This document shows positions 51,332 through 63,750 of a stretch of DNA of 64,000 bases, in pieces. The position numbers and the translations under genes were made by a program. The number at the start of each line of letters is the position of its first letter. The stretch's first letter is position 1. The notes under the pieces are model-generated. The model was given only the letters and a program-made list of their open reading frames with translations, was not told the DNA's origin and did not search any database. This stretch comes from Octopus vulgaris (taxonomy: Eukaryota): the NCBI GenBank assembly GCA_951406725.2, contig OX597834.1, positions 19,592,001-19,656,000 on the forward strand, given 5' to 3'.

Positions 51332-51535
51332 CGCTATGGGCTCCTCGAGAGCAGTCATCTAAAAACTTGTTGTGCATTTTGTTGGCGAAAGAAGTTCCTG
51401 GATTTTCCTGAAGAGAAAGCTGCATAATGGACTCCTTATTCATTTGGAATTAGGAATTTTGCAGACTTTGAAACATATGTCGAAAATAAAATAAAGGAAT
51501 TTTGTTAAATCTTCGCTCAGCTCCATTCTTTCCTA

Positions 51536-51540
<5 letters not shown>
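51332..51540 (+). mobile_element. about 210-bp (TA)n-embedded element carrying a hammerhead ribozyme
   Basis: Complex sequence bounded by TA tracts on both sides; hammerhead followed directly by AATAAA. Confidence 0.7.
51402..51487 (+). ncRNA. type I hammerhead ribozyme, most complete copy
   Basis: ATTTTC-CTGAAGA-G-AAAGCTGCA..(TCCT/AGGA, ATTC/GAAT)..TGCAG-A-CTTT-GAA-ACATATGT-C-GAAAAT; 6-bp stem I, long stem II, palindromic stem III, GUC site with predicted cleavage after 51481. Confidence 0.8.
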
Positions 51541-51590
<50 letters not shown>

Positions 51591-52077
51591 CCTTTATTGA
51601 ACTCATAAAGCAAAATATGCCAAATATACTCCTTTGTTACTTCCATTATAGCTTTGAAAAAATAACTGTTAAAATCGAACTGTACTCTTCAACATTTGCA
51701 CCAAGAATAAGCACAAGGTAAAATTACCACCTGCTTTTATAGCAAGTTGATGCAGGTAGTTTATCCAATCCTCCTCTGACTTTTAGCTCATGTAATGGGA
51801 AAAACGTATTATTTATGGGACGACCCAATACTTTAGAGAAAAGATAGGAAAATCGCACAGAAATGCATTTGGTAAAAGGTGTATGTGACCAAGGCTGACC
51901 TGGGGCTAAACAACAATGACATGCACTGTATTTGGACATCTTCCTTGGCTTCTGAGAGAATACCCCCACCTTATCTCGTATGAAGTAAAATTTCTTGTCA
52001 TGAGTGATAAATTAGTTTGTCATCAATTAACCTCTGTTAAGTGCTTGCCATTTTGTGCTGTAAAAGAGCATGTAGCT

Positions 52078-52108
<31 letters not shown>

Positions 52109-52674
52109 GCATTATTCACTTCAAATTTCAAGTCAACAAATTTTGCAATTTAGAGATCTTTTATATGTCACTTCACATAACACACACACACACACACACA
52201 CATAGAGGGGGAAGTAAGAAGAAAAATAAGAGAAATTGCACATTGGAAAATAAAAAACAAAAATAAAGGCTTTTTATGAAAATTAACGATAGATATATAC
52301 AATTAGATGAACTGAGGTAGGAATAAAAGTAATGAAGTTCTTGTTAGAACTTTCTTAGAGAAGATATGCTTGTACATAAAAAAAAAAACCGGGAGAGCTG
52401 TCGGTTCCTGGTCACCTGAACCTCTGTTGTGCCACTGGTGCTATAAACTGATTGCAATGGAAAATGGGTCCAGTGTTGTACAGCTCTTTATCTACTCAAA
52501 AATCTTCACACATAGGAACTTCTCAGACTCTTGGAATATTCCCAAGATTCACCGAATTTAAGAAATGTTCTTAGTTAGTTAGGAATTGAGTTCCCCCACC
52601 ACATGCACACACACATGCACATGCACACACACATGCACATGCACAAACACACACACAATACACTTTCAGATTTA

Positions 52675-53000
52675 AAGGCACATGGTGGCTTAGTGGTTAG
52701 GGGTAATCAGCTCACAATAGTAAGGTCATAAGTTCGGTTCCTGATTGTGCATTCTGTCCTTGAGCAAGACACTTTATTTAATGCTGCATAGTTTGCTCAA
52801 CTGGCAAAAATGAGTTGTACCAGTCGTACAAAGGGTCACCCTTGGCCCACTCTGTGTCATGCTGAATCTCACTGACAACTGCATTAAGGGTACGCATGTC
52901 TGTGGAGTACTCAGCCACTTGCATGTCAACTTCACAAGCAAGCTGTTCCATTGATAGAACCAACTGAAACATTTACCATCATAACTGATAGAATGCTAGT
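52675..53000 (+). mobile_element. SINE with D-type head/core and C-type 3' half, diverged
   Basis: GGCTTAGTGGTTAGGG..GTCCTTGAGCAAGACACTTTATTT..TTAAGGGTACGCATGTCTGTGGAGTACTCAGCCACTTGC. Confidence 0.78.
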
Positions 53001-53877
53001 TTTAATTTCAGAATCACATTTTGCAATTAACACCAATTAGTGTAAAATGCCTCTTACATCGTTTGTGCTAATTATTCTGTTGTTGGAATACTTCTGCTGT
53101 AAAGTGACAATTATTGTCTGGTGGCATTAAGTCCATCTTAACAAGCAAACTTAGTAAATTCAATAAAATATTTCATATTTTATTAGCATAGGAGTGGCTG
53201 TGTGGTAAGCAGCTTGCTTACCAACCACATGGTTCTGGGTTATTACAACTGAACATTACTGTTACACACAGTAAGGGAATTTATTTGTGGTCGTTCAACC
53301 TGTGAAGAAAACAGCAGCTAAACCCAGCTCAAATCACACCCTGCTATTATAAATAAGAAAACGATAAATCAAGCAATGTCATCTAATGTTGTCCTACATA
53401 CTCCTAAAGAGACAAGACAGCCATGGTTGGAACGCCTTTAATCATAGGTCTGCTACTCAATCAGGACTGACACACAGCTAAACACCATCAACAACAACTA
53501 CTTCTACAGTCACACCCTCATTCTACCACCACTCTAACTTTCACCAATACACTGTACTGAATAGTATTTAATTAAATCATTGGGTCAGCTTGTTATTTCA
53601 AGACGACCATTAATACACTTCTTAGCATTCAAGTGTGGACTGCAATACGGCTCTGTCTTTAGTTTTGTCGAAATATTATTTACCCAGCAAATGTTGGATA
53701 ACTGCCAGTTTATGGTCAATGCTACATGCTGCTCTAGAGATAGAGGTGCGTTATAATTGCATTTCCAGAATCTCATTGAATTTTCTTATGTATATGTGTC
53801 TTAAACACTGAAAAGAATCTTTTCCTTTATGATCCTTCATCCCCAAATACAGATACATAAAAATATAGGAAGTCCTT

Positions 53878-53878
53878 T

Positions 53879-53951
<73 letters not shown>

Positions 53952-53975
53952 TATTATATTATATTATATTATACA
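53878..53975. repeat. (TA)n microsatellite
   Basis: Directly visible. Confidence 0.95.
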
Positions 53976-54705
53976 CACACATACATATAATTATATATGT
54001 ATACATACATTCTCATCTTCATCTTTTTAATGTTCCCTTTTCGATGCTTACATGCATTTGAAGGAGTTTATTGTGACACTTTTTCTGTGGCCACATGCCC
54101 TTCTTGACACCATATATTCTCACACACACACCCACATCCCCCCCACGCACACACACACACACACACACAGGCACACATATATTTGTTTTGGTGAATAGTG
54201 GATCTTGAAGCAAATATAACTATAAATAATAGCATGCAAATATTGTGTTGAAAATTCCTTTTCGACAGAGATAATTGAAGGCTTACTGTCAACATTATAC
54301 ATAAAGTTAATAATATATATATATATATATATGTCATCATCATCTTCATCATCATTATCATTATCATCGTTTAACATCTGTTCTCAATGCTGTCTTGGGT
54401 TGGAAAGATTGACAGAGCTGGTCAGATTTTGTCTGTTGTGGCATGGTTTCTATCACTAGACACCCTTCCTAATGCCAACCACTTTCTGAGTGTAATAGAG
54501 GCTTAGCTGAATATATATATATATATATGTGTGTGTGTATACTATATATTATTTACTACTTACTATTTAATTGAACGTCACACATCCATTTCCAAGTAAG
54601 TTTATCTTCACCTTTTTGATGTAACTCTCTTCTCTATACTGTTTTCTTCCTCCATCCTTCTCTAATTCCATTTTTCTCTCCCTCCCTCCTTCACCACTTT
54701 CTATC

Positions 54706-54736
<31 letters not shown>

Positions 54737-55069
54737 CTTTCTCCCTTTCTCTCTTTCTGTTTGTCAGTCTGTCTGTTTCTTGTTGCTCACACGTAACCAT
54801 CGTCTGTCTTTCTTTTCCTGCAGAGACGTTCAAAAGAGCAGACGTCTTTTCCTCTCTCTTCTGTCTTTTCTGGTTTCAAGAAAATATTTCGCACAGTGTT
54901 CACTATTTTCCTCTCATTCTAGTCTAACGACCCTGAATGTTTGTTTTCATTCAGTTTCTTTGTATGTCTCTACTGTCATGTTTTTGTTCCTAACTTTGAC
55001 CCTTCATAAACCCTAAATTTTATTTTAGAATTTATGGGAACACTGTCTTTGAAGACTCCTATTTTTGTT

Positions 55070-55250
55070 GAATGCCCGAAATGAGGAGTAGGTAGACAGC
55101 AGACAACTTATGAAGGGTCCTTTCCTTGTGTTTACTTGTCCTGTTTTCCATTTTTTCTCGTTTACATATTTAACTCATTTGTTTTTGTTTTTCATGTTCT
55201 TTGATCTGTTGGTGATGTCCTGTACTCATATATCCATGTATATATATGCA
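55070..55250 (+). repeat. diverged third copy of the 20987/21539 repeat
   Basis: GAAATGAGGAGTAGGTAGACAGCAGACAACTTATGAAGGGTCCTTTC..TTGGTGATGTCCTGTAC. Confidence 0.8.
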
Positions 55251-57854
55251 TGCATATATATATATATATATATATATACAACAAGAAATAATATTTGTCT
55301 CTTATAGAATCAAAAGGGTTTATAAGACTGCTAGTTTGTTTAAATCGCCATAACTTTTTATTTTATTTTGGCAAATAAAAGCCATAGAATAAAATACCAG
55401 ACATAAAATAACTGAAACTGGACGTGAAAAGCTTAGTGAATTAAATCAACCCCAGTTGATTTGATAGTTTAAACCCTCAAAGAGAGTGCCCCAGCATGGC
55501 CAGTCTAATGACTGAAACCAGTAAAGATTATAAAAGTACAATCTCCTCTTTTTTGCTGATTTTTGACATTATATTTTCGGTGATGCAGAAACATTTTGTG
55601 ATAATGAGATTATAATAATTCTCATAAATACATCAGTATTACAAAAACGAATCCTCAGGACTTGTGTTTTTCCTCTACAAATTTATTTTTACTACAAAGG
55701 AAGCAAGACAGGATTTGCTCCCTTTCTAGTCTAAAACAGTGAAAATTCCAAAACTTTTGTAAAAAGCTCTGCAAGCAAGATTTTAGAGATAGACTTATTT
55801 TCCTGCCATAAATATTTGAAGAATGAATTTCGAGTACTGTTTATCTTTCCTTGTATCAGAACTCTGCAGCAGTTTAGAGATGTACCCAGAATGATGTGGA
55901 TATGGTGTGTATTTACAACGACTTGGCAATTCCAGTTAGGTTAATCCGATAACTTAAATGCTTAGCCAACATATTTCATGTTTTTTTTAGAAAACCTTAT
56001 TTTCACGAAGTCTTTTACTTGTTGCTCAATCAGCATCTGTATTTAGGATTCAAATAGTTTTCTTTTGCTATCGAAACTTTCAGGGACTCTTTTTTTTTTA
56101 AGAATTAAACATTGATTTTTGTAGAATTTTCTTCAGTGAAGAATTAATTTATTATTATTATTATTTTTATTTTTTATTTATTTTTTTTTTTTTGGTTGAG
56201 AGAAAAAATGTGGAAGTCAAAATGCTATCTCCATTTCCTATTGCAGGATATTTTCATTAAAACTACTATTTAAAGCCCGCTAGCATTCTAGAGGCAATTA
56301 TGATTTAGAAAAAATTGTTTAGCAAAAAAAAAAAAACAAATAAATAAAATAAAATAAAAACTGGAAAGTAAAAAAAAAAGTAAATAAAATGACTAAAATA
56401 GAAAAAAAATTTTGTCAGTCGTTGAATTAAATTTTAATGAAATAAAATGAAATTGAAGGAAATAAAAATAAACAAGCCACAGGTTGTAAATGTTATTTCC
56501 ATTATTGCAAATCTAATCAATGTGGCTGTCTTTAAGTAAATAAAATCAATGACAGGAAGGCCTAGCATCGATGCAAGATGTCTTTATCCAGTATATCTGT
56601 TTAAGAATCTTGCTTCACACTCCCACTTCAGGTGAGCCTAATGGGAGTTGTGTGCCTATTTGGATGAGAATCAATATCTACCTGCTTATCTTTGCCTCTT
56701 TAGTTTCTTTTTCCTTTTTCTTTGTTTTGTTTTATTTAATTTTTCTTTTTCCCCTCTCTTGTGGTTTCTGTTACAACAGTTCAATTAGTGGCCTGTTTCC
56801 TAAAATCACTGCCAACTAATTTTCTATGGAGAGATTATCAATGAAAGAATGCCATGCAAGAAGAATTTGGACAAGCTAAACTACAATTTGTGTTCAGCTT
56901 CGATTTTTACATAATTTTTTTTTTTTCTTTTTTTCTGGCAGATCATGCCTCTCTGTCTTCTCATTTCAGGCTAATTTAAATATCTGAGTTGTGTAAAATA
57001 CATTTATTATCAGTGCTGAAAATTTGTGAGAATTTCCAAATGCATAAATTTTAAACCTACAGAAATGGAATTTAAGTTCTTAAATTTTTGTTTGCTTTCG
57101 GATTTTTGAAAAGTGTAATAATGTCAGTATGCAGAAAATGCAAGAAATAGTCTTATATTAGTCAACCTAGCACCTGTTGACGAGATGCAATTGTCGTTCA
57201 GTTTTCTTCCAACCAAATCCACTCACAAGGCTTTAATTGACCCAGGGCTATAATAAAAGACACTTGTCCTAGGTGCCACACTGTGGTTCTGAATCCAAAA
57301 CCATGTGGTTAGGAAACAAACCCACATAGCAGTACCTGAACCAATAGATTGTGATATCAAAAAGGGTAAAGAACCCCCTTAGGTCATGAATGACCATGGA
57401 ATTGCATCTAGAAGGACATCACGACTCAGTTCACCCACCCACCGGATACCTACATGAGTATTTTTAGAATGATATTGTTGGGTAGATGCAAGAGGACAGA
57501 TCTGTTTGGTTTGAGTATAAAACAGGTTGAACATTTTGGCTGGATTTTACTGGCATAGATGCTAAAGGGTTAAAAAACAGCCTATATTAATGATATAAAT
57601 AGCAATTTTTTTATAGAGGGATGAAAAAATACTAAGATGAAATGAAATTCTTGCCTGTGGCATTTCAAGTCTATTATAAACTAGCAGCAGTGAATATCTA
57701 GCTTGGCTTTGGTTTGTTAATACCTAAAATAAATACTGCTTCACGAACTTATATTTTTTCAATAAATTTCATTAAACAGATGCTGAAAATCTTTAGTCGG
57801 CCGGGCAATATTGATTCATTCAGAATTGTTGTTTTTGTGTAAGCCTGGAAGATG

Positions 57855-58126
57855 GAAGTATGACTGTCTGGTTAAGAAGCTTACTTAGTGACCATGTGGT
57901 TCCAGGTTCAATCCTACTGTGTGGCACCTTGGGCATGTGTCTTCTGCTATAGCCTTGGCCCAATCAATGCCTTGTGGGTGTATTTGGTTGACAGAAACTG
58001 CCTGGAAGCCCATTGTATACATGTGTGTGTGTGTGTTTGGGTGTGTGTGTATGTATTTGTGTGTAGATAGACAGACAGACAGACAGATAGATAGATGGAT
58101 AAATAGATAGATAGCTAGATAGATAC

Positions 58127-58175
<49 letters not shown>

Positions 58176-58535
58176 TATGTGTCTTTGTGTTTGTCCCCTC
58201 CGACATAAACTATTATTTGACAATTAGTGTTATTTTGCTTACTACCCTATAACTTAGCAGTTTGGCATAAAAGACTGATAACATTAGTACAAAACCAAAA
58301 AACAAAAACAAAAAAACAGTAGTTGAATGAATTTGTTCAACTAAACTTTTCAAAGTAATGATCCAGCATGGCCACAGCGCGGGCATGGCTGTGTGGTTAG
58401 GGAGCTTGCTTCCTAGCTACATGGTTTCAGGTTCAGTCCCACTGCATGGCACTTTGAGCAGGTGTCTTCCGCCATAGCCCCGAGCCGACCAGAGCTTTGT
58501 GATTGAATTCGGTAGGCGGGAGTTACTGCCGTGTG
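57855..58535 (+). mobile_element. diverged family A SINE followed by the 5' part of a second copy (from 58381)
   Basis: Similarity to other copies; internal (GACA)n/(GATA)n. Confidence 0.82.
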
Positions 58536-58912
58536 TGTATGTGTGCGTATAGCTGCTCAGTGCCTCTCCGAAAGAGAGAGAGAGAACCAAAATTAATATT
58601 TTATTCTCACATTTTTTATTCACTTACATGGAACAACATGGTTTGTTTCTAAATACTGTACTAATTTGTGTAATTACTTTAAATTAATTACTTTTTAATC
58701 AGTAAATTTTTCTAGTGTTTATTGCATCGTTTTGGCATAAGCAGTATTTTTAGGTTTTCTGTCGAGAGCTAAAAAATAATAAATTTCAGGAAAATATCAA
58801 AAAGGTTACAAACTTCTTCGTGAAAGAAATCTACTCTCTGTGAGTAATTTCAGCTTCTGAGGTACAAAAACTGTTGTCTACAACTTGCAACATTCACTCT
58901 TATCTGTTAATA

Positions 58913-59304
58913 TATGAGGATGAGTCAAAAAGTAATGCTATTTTGTTTAGGACAGGTATAATTACCAACACAGAAACTTGTATCATCCATCAAAATGAAG
59001 CTGGTCCTCTGTGGATCACATCCCTACTTCTCAGCATAGTCACTGTTTCTCTCAATGGCAATGTTCCACCTTTGAATGAGAGCATGTATACCTGCTCCGT
59101 AAAATTCTGTTGACTGTTCTTTGAGCCACTTCTTCACTACAGTTTTTCACTTCCTTGTCACTGGACTATCATCTCCTTGACCCCATGAAAGAGAGTTTGA
59201 GAGGCAAACATTATTCCAGTAACAAGGAAGTGAAATCTGTAGTGAAAACATGGCTCAAAGTACAAAATTTTACGGGCCGGGATACATGCTCTCATTCAAA
59301 GGTG
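58913..59304. mobile_element. mariner-derived foldback remnant (two inverted transposase 3' ends)
   Basis: Starts TA-TGAGGATGAGTCAAAAAGTAATGC (mariner-like TIR); minus strand encodes ..VVKKWLKEQSTEFYGAGIHALIQRWNIAIERNSDYAEK* (stop 59024-59026); plus strand from 59164 encodes DYHLLDPMKESLRGKHYSSNKEVKSVVKTWLK..GIHALIQR. Confidence 0.85.
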
Positions 59305-60115
59305 AATGAGATCCTCAATATCACACCATGAACATTCTGAAATTTATATTTCCTATCATATAAACCCCTTACAATATTATTTCAGCAAGTTTAAAGTGAT
59401 TTCTTTTGTGCTGTAAACCATTTACCATTTCTGTGGTGACCCCCCCCCACTTCCCTTGATTCCCTAAGCACATGCTTATTTTGCTAAATGGTTGATCCAG
59501 CCTTGATAAATACTGAGGAAGAAAAAAAAAATGAGAAAAACAAGAACCATCCAGTTTTAATATTCTGAGCTCATATCAAGCTCCATCCATTTTTCCATAC
59601 CCCTGGATAGGTCACCTTACCCGACTTCTTCATTATTTTTTAAAATTACATTTTCTCTATTAAAACACTAACCATACTGACATCAAGTCTGATTTATTCC
59701 TCTCATGCTGTTGCTAACATGGGAAAGTGGTCATAAAACTGCATGTATAATAGATATTGACAGTTTTTCCATTCTCCTACATGATTAGACTTCTTCTGCA
59801 TGAAGAACCAAGTTATGTTTATACAAAAAAAAAAAAAAAGCATTTGCTTCAGGAACTGGTGATTGGTGATATCCTTTGGCCCCTGCTATAAATAAGATCC
59901 AAATAAAAAGCTTCTAAATATATATTATTCTATGTCCATTTCTTTCTTGCTCTTTTTTGTTTTGTTGTTATTATTTCGACAGATTCAGTTAACCTATAAC
60001 TTTCCAGCACTTTATTTTTTCAAAGATGTATTTTAACTGCGTGATCATCGTTTTCTTTTTCCGTGATATGAGTTAGGTTTGGAAATGATTTCGAATAATT
60101 TTACACATAAATATA

Positions 60116-60499
60116 TGCGTAGTCATGGCCGATTGGTAAGAAGTTAGCTTCCCAACAACCTGGTTCCGAGTTCAGTCCCACTGCATGGCATCTTGGGCAA
60201 GTGCCTTCAACTATAGCCTCGGACAGACCAAACACTTGTGAGTGGATTTAGTAGACAGAAACTGAAAGAAGCCCATCATGTATATATGTGTGTGTGTGTT
60301 TGTGTGTGTCCCACTACTGCTTGACAACCTGTGATGGTTTGTTCACATCCCAATAACTTAGCAGTTCAGCCAAGAGATCGATAGAATAAGTATCAAGCTT
60401 AGCCATAAGCACTGGAGTCTATTCGTTTGACTAAAATTTCTTCAAGGCGGTGCTCCAGCATGGCCGCAGTCTAATGATTGAAACAATAAAAAGATAAAA
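60116..60499 (+). mobile_element. SINE family A
   Basis: Similarity to other copies. Confidence 0.88.
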
Positions 60500-60952
60500 G
60501 CTACACATACAGACACATGCATGTGCACACACACACACATATTGGGTCGGACAGGTCATCACTGTCCAAGTCAGTATGATTCCAAGTTACCAGTCTTCCA
60601 AGTTGTGTCAGGAACCATGTCTCACTCATATATTCCATTTCTAGCAGGCTTTCGATGACCATTTATTCTTTCTGTCACCAACCATTTTATTGCTGACATA
60701 TTTGTCCAGAGTTCCTGTGGTTGGGAAGCAAGCTTCTTACCACACAGCCACGCTTGCACCTATTATTATCCAGCCAACTCATTCTTGCTCTCCTTCAAGG
60801 TCTCTGGCCATTTGGCTCAAATTACATGTGCATAATATCAGAACTGTGACCTCTCAATACAGAGATGTATCGTTAATTAACAGGGTGCATAGCTCGAAGA
60901 TCAAGCAGGCAATTGATTGCAGAAGGTGACAAGAACAAGCATTGATATCCAC

Positions 60953-61178
60953 AGAGCTGGCAGAATGGTTAGCACGCCGGGCGAAATGCTTAGTGGTATT
61001 TCGTCTGCCGTTACGTTGTGAGTTCGAATTCCGCCGAGGTCGACTTTGCCTTTCATCCTTTCGGGGTCGATAAATTAAGGACCAGTTACACACTGGAGTC
61101 GATGCAATCGACTTAATACCTATGTCTGTCCTTGTTTGTCTCCTCTGTGTTTAGCCCCTTGTGGGTAATAAAGAAATA
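60953..61178 (+). mobile_element. SINE family B
   Basis: Similarity to other copies. Confidence 0.92.
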
Positions 61179-61970
61179 AGGATGGTATCAGCCGGTGGAG
61201 CAGCGATCGAGACATGCTGGTGGGCAGAGATAAAGGCTGTCATGGGAAGGTGAGGATGAAAGAAGCAATGACGATGTTGGGATGGAAGTGAAGTGGAGGC
61301 ACAGTCCTGGCCATACCAGAGGCCACAGCTATGACAGAAAAGTGGAGGTGTGGAGTCCATGTGTGCCAAAGAATGAACAAACAGACCTCCTGCTGTTTGC
61401 AATGCATACATCTCCACATCGACAGGTCACAACATTAATTTACTGCTATTTAATTGAGAATATTCTAATGAAAAATCGCATAAAAACAAACTGAATGTGT
61501 TTAATCTCAAATAAAAATTAAGACACACCCAGCCGTAACTAATCAATACATTTATTTAGAGTCAGTTAATTTGGTAAATCTTATAATTGCTACAAGAATA
61601 ATTTACAAGTAAGACATTCTTTTAAACTGATTTTTTTCCAAAATGCAATATAATTTCATAAAGACTTAATTAACGCTTTATAAAATTGTTAATGTTGCAA
61701 CACAGTTCATCTTAATGTAACATTAAGTTGAAGAAATTATGCAACTGGGATATTTGATTATCTCCGACTGAAATTAGGTGGAAAGGAATCATATGATTGT
61801 GAATACCAAGATCATTGCAAAACAAAAATTGAAAACAACACACGAGAGAAAAATCTGAAATAGTTCCATCTTACAAAGAAGAGCTAAAATTAATTAAAAC
61901 TTTTGCTGAACTATAAATGTTTTAATTTAACCATTAAGATTCTTCCTTCAATAACTATTTCTCCATTCTT

Positions 61971-62388
61971 CTCTCTTTTACTCTTTTACTTGTTTCAGTC
62001 ATTTGACTGCAGCCATGCTAGAGCACCGCCTTTAGTCGATCAAATCGACCCCAGGACTTATTCTTTGTAAGTCTAGTACTTATTCTATCGGTCACTTTTA
62101 CCGAACTGCTAAGTTACGGGGACGTAAACACACCAGCATCGGTTGTCAAGCAGTGTTGGTCGGACAAACACAGACACACAAACATACACACACATATACA
62201 TACAAATATATATATACATATATACGACGGGCTTCTTTCCGTTTCCGTCAACCAAATCCACTCACAAGGCTTTGGTCGGCCCGAGGCTATAGTAGAAGAC
62301 ACTTGCCCAAGATGCCACGCAGTGGGACTGAACCCGGAATCATGTGGTTGGTAAACAAGCTACTTACCACACAGCCACTCCTGTGCCT
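61971..62388 (-). mobile_element. SINE family A, full length
   Basis: Similarity to other copies. Confidence 0.93.
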
Positions 62389-62719
62389 CTATCTATTTAT
62401 ATATGCTTTTTCTCTTAAATCTGAGATGTCAGGTTCTTTAGGAACTGGTTAGTAGTATCTGCAGGAAAACGGTGGCATTTGGAATATTTTGTATTTAAAA
62501 AAAAATGCTTTTCAACTAAAGTCATCAAAGGAAAATCCCTCAAATATTTAAGGGCAAATTGTGGCCTGCAGTGGTTTCTGAATGGTAAGCCAATAAAAAT
62601 CCATCATGATTTTTTTAGTAGTGAGGACCACCAAATGATGAAAGATGTCTCATGCAACCTGCTCTGTGAAAAAGGTCACCTGTGTGGGCCCTTAAATAAA
62701 CATGGTAAAAACAAAAACC

Positions 62720-62945
62720 AAAGCTGTGTAGTTAAGAAGCTTGCTTTGTAATTATGTGGTTTCAGGTTCAATCCGAAGCATGGCACCTTGAGCAAGTGTT
62801 TTCTCTCCTGAAACCCAAGGCTGACTTATGCTTTGTGAGGGAATTTGGTAGAGAGCAACTGAGTGGAAACCCATTGTGTGTATTCTTTTATTCTTTCACT
62901 TGTTTCAGTCAGTTGACTGCGGCCATGCTGGAGCACTGCTTCCAA
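62720..62945. mobile_element. family A fragments (+ 5' half, - 3' tail)
   Basis: Similarity to other copies. Confidence 0.7.
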
Positions 62946-63299
62946 GATTAAAAAAAACAAAACAAAGAAATAAAATAAAACCAAGAAGGAACCAATATCA
63001 AAACCAATCAAGGTGTGGAGATTATTAATTACGATTATTTTGAAAGAATATTTTGATTTCAATCAGAAAAGTCATTTGTAGTGTTTTTCTGGTAAATATA
63101 AATAAGATTTGTGCAATTAAATGCCAGGAAATATTTTTTATCAAAGAAGCCTTTGTTTATTTGTTTTATTTTGTTTAATTCTGTTTTTTTTTTCCTTTAA
63201 GAAAATATTGAAGAATAATAAGGAAAAGAAAAGAGCAGCTGTAATTTTGCTTCGTCGAGGAATATATAAATTAGATTATTTGGTGTATAAGGCTTTGAG

Positions 63300-63301
63300 G
63301 A

Positions 63302-63349
<48 letters not shown>

Positions 63350-63493
63350 TGTTTGTGTGTGAGTGAGTGAGGGAGAGAGAGGGTGTATGTGAAAGAGAGA
63401 GAGAGAGAAAAGGTATGTGTATGTCTAAGAGAAAGGGTGTGTGAAAGGGAGAGTGTGAGAGAAAGTGTGTGTGAGAGAGAGAGAGAGAGAGTA

Positions 63494-63532
<39 letters not shown>

Positions 63533-63750
63533 AAGAGCGAGGGTGTGTATGTGTGAGAGAGAAAGAGACTGCATATGTGGGTGTGAGAGAGAGAAAAGGT
63601 ATGTGTGTGTAAGAGAGAGGGTGTGTGTGTATGAAAGGGAGAATGTGAGAGAGAGAAAGGGAGAAGGTGTGTGTGTATGTGTGTATGTGTGTGTGTGTCC
63701 TTCTTTGTGTGGGTGTGTGTGTTTATGTGTGAGTATATGTATGTGTGTCT
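63300..63750. repeat. (GT)n/(GA)n compound microsatellite
   Basis: Directly visible. Confidence 0.92.

Noticed and set aside
60540-60700. Possible mariner-like terminus ATTGGGTCGGACA
   Set aside because: No second TIR and no convincing transposase translation.
3746-62452. Recurrent peptides such as DGLLSVSVYQIHSQGFG..VEDTCPRCHAVGLNPEPCGW
   Set aside because: SINE family A read-through with variable frames and stops, not a gene family.
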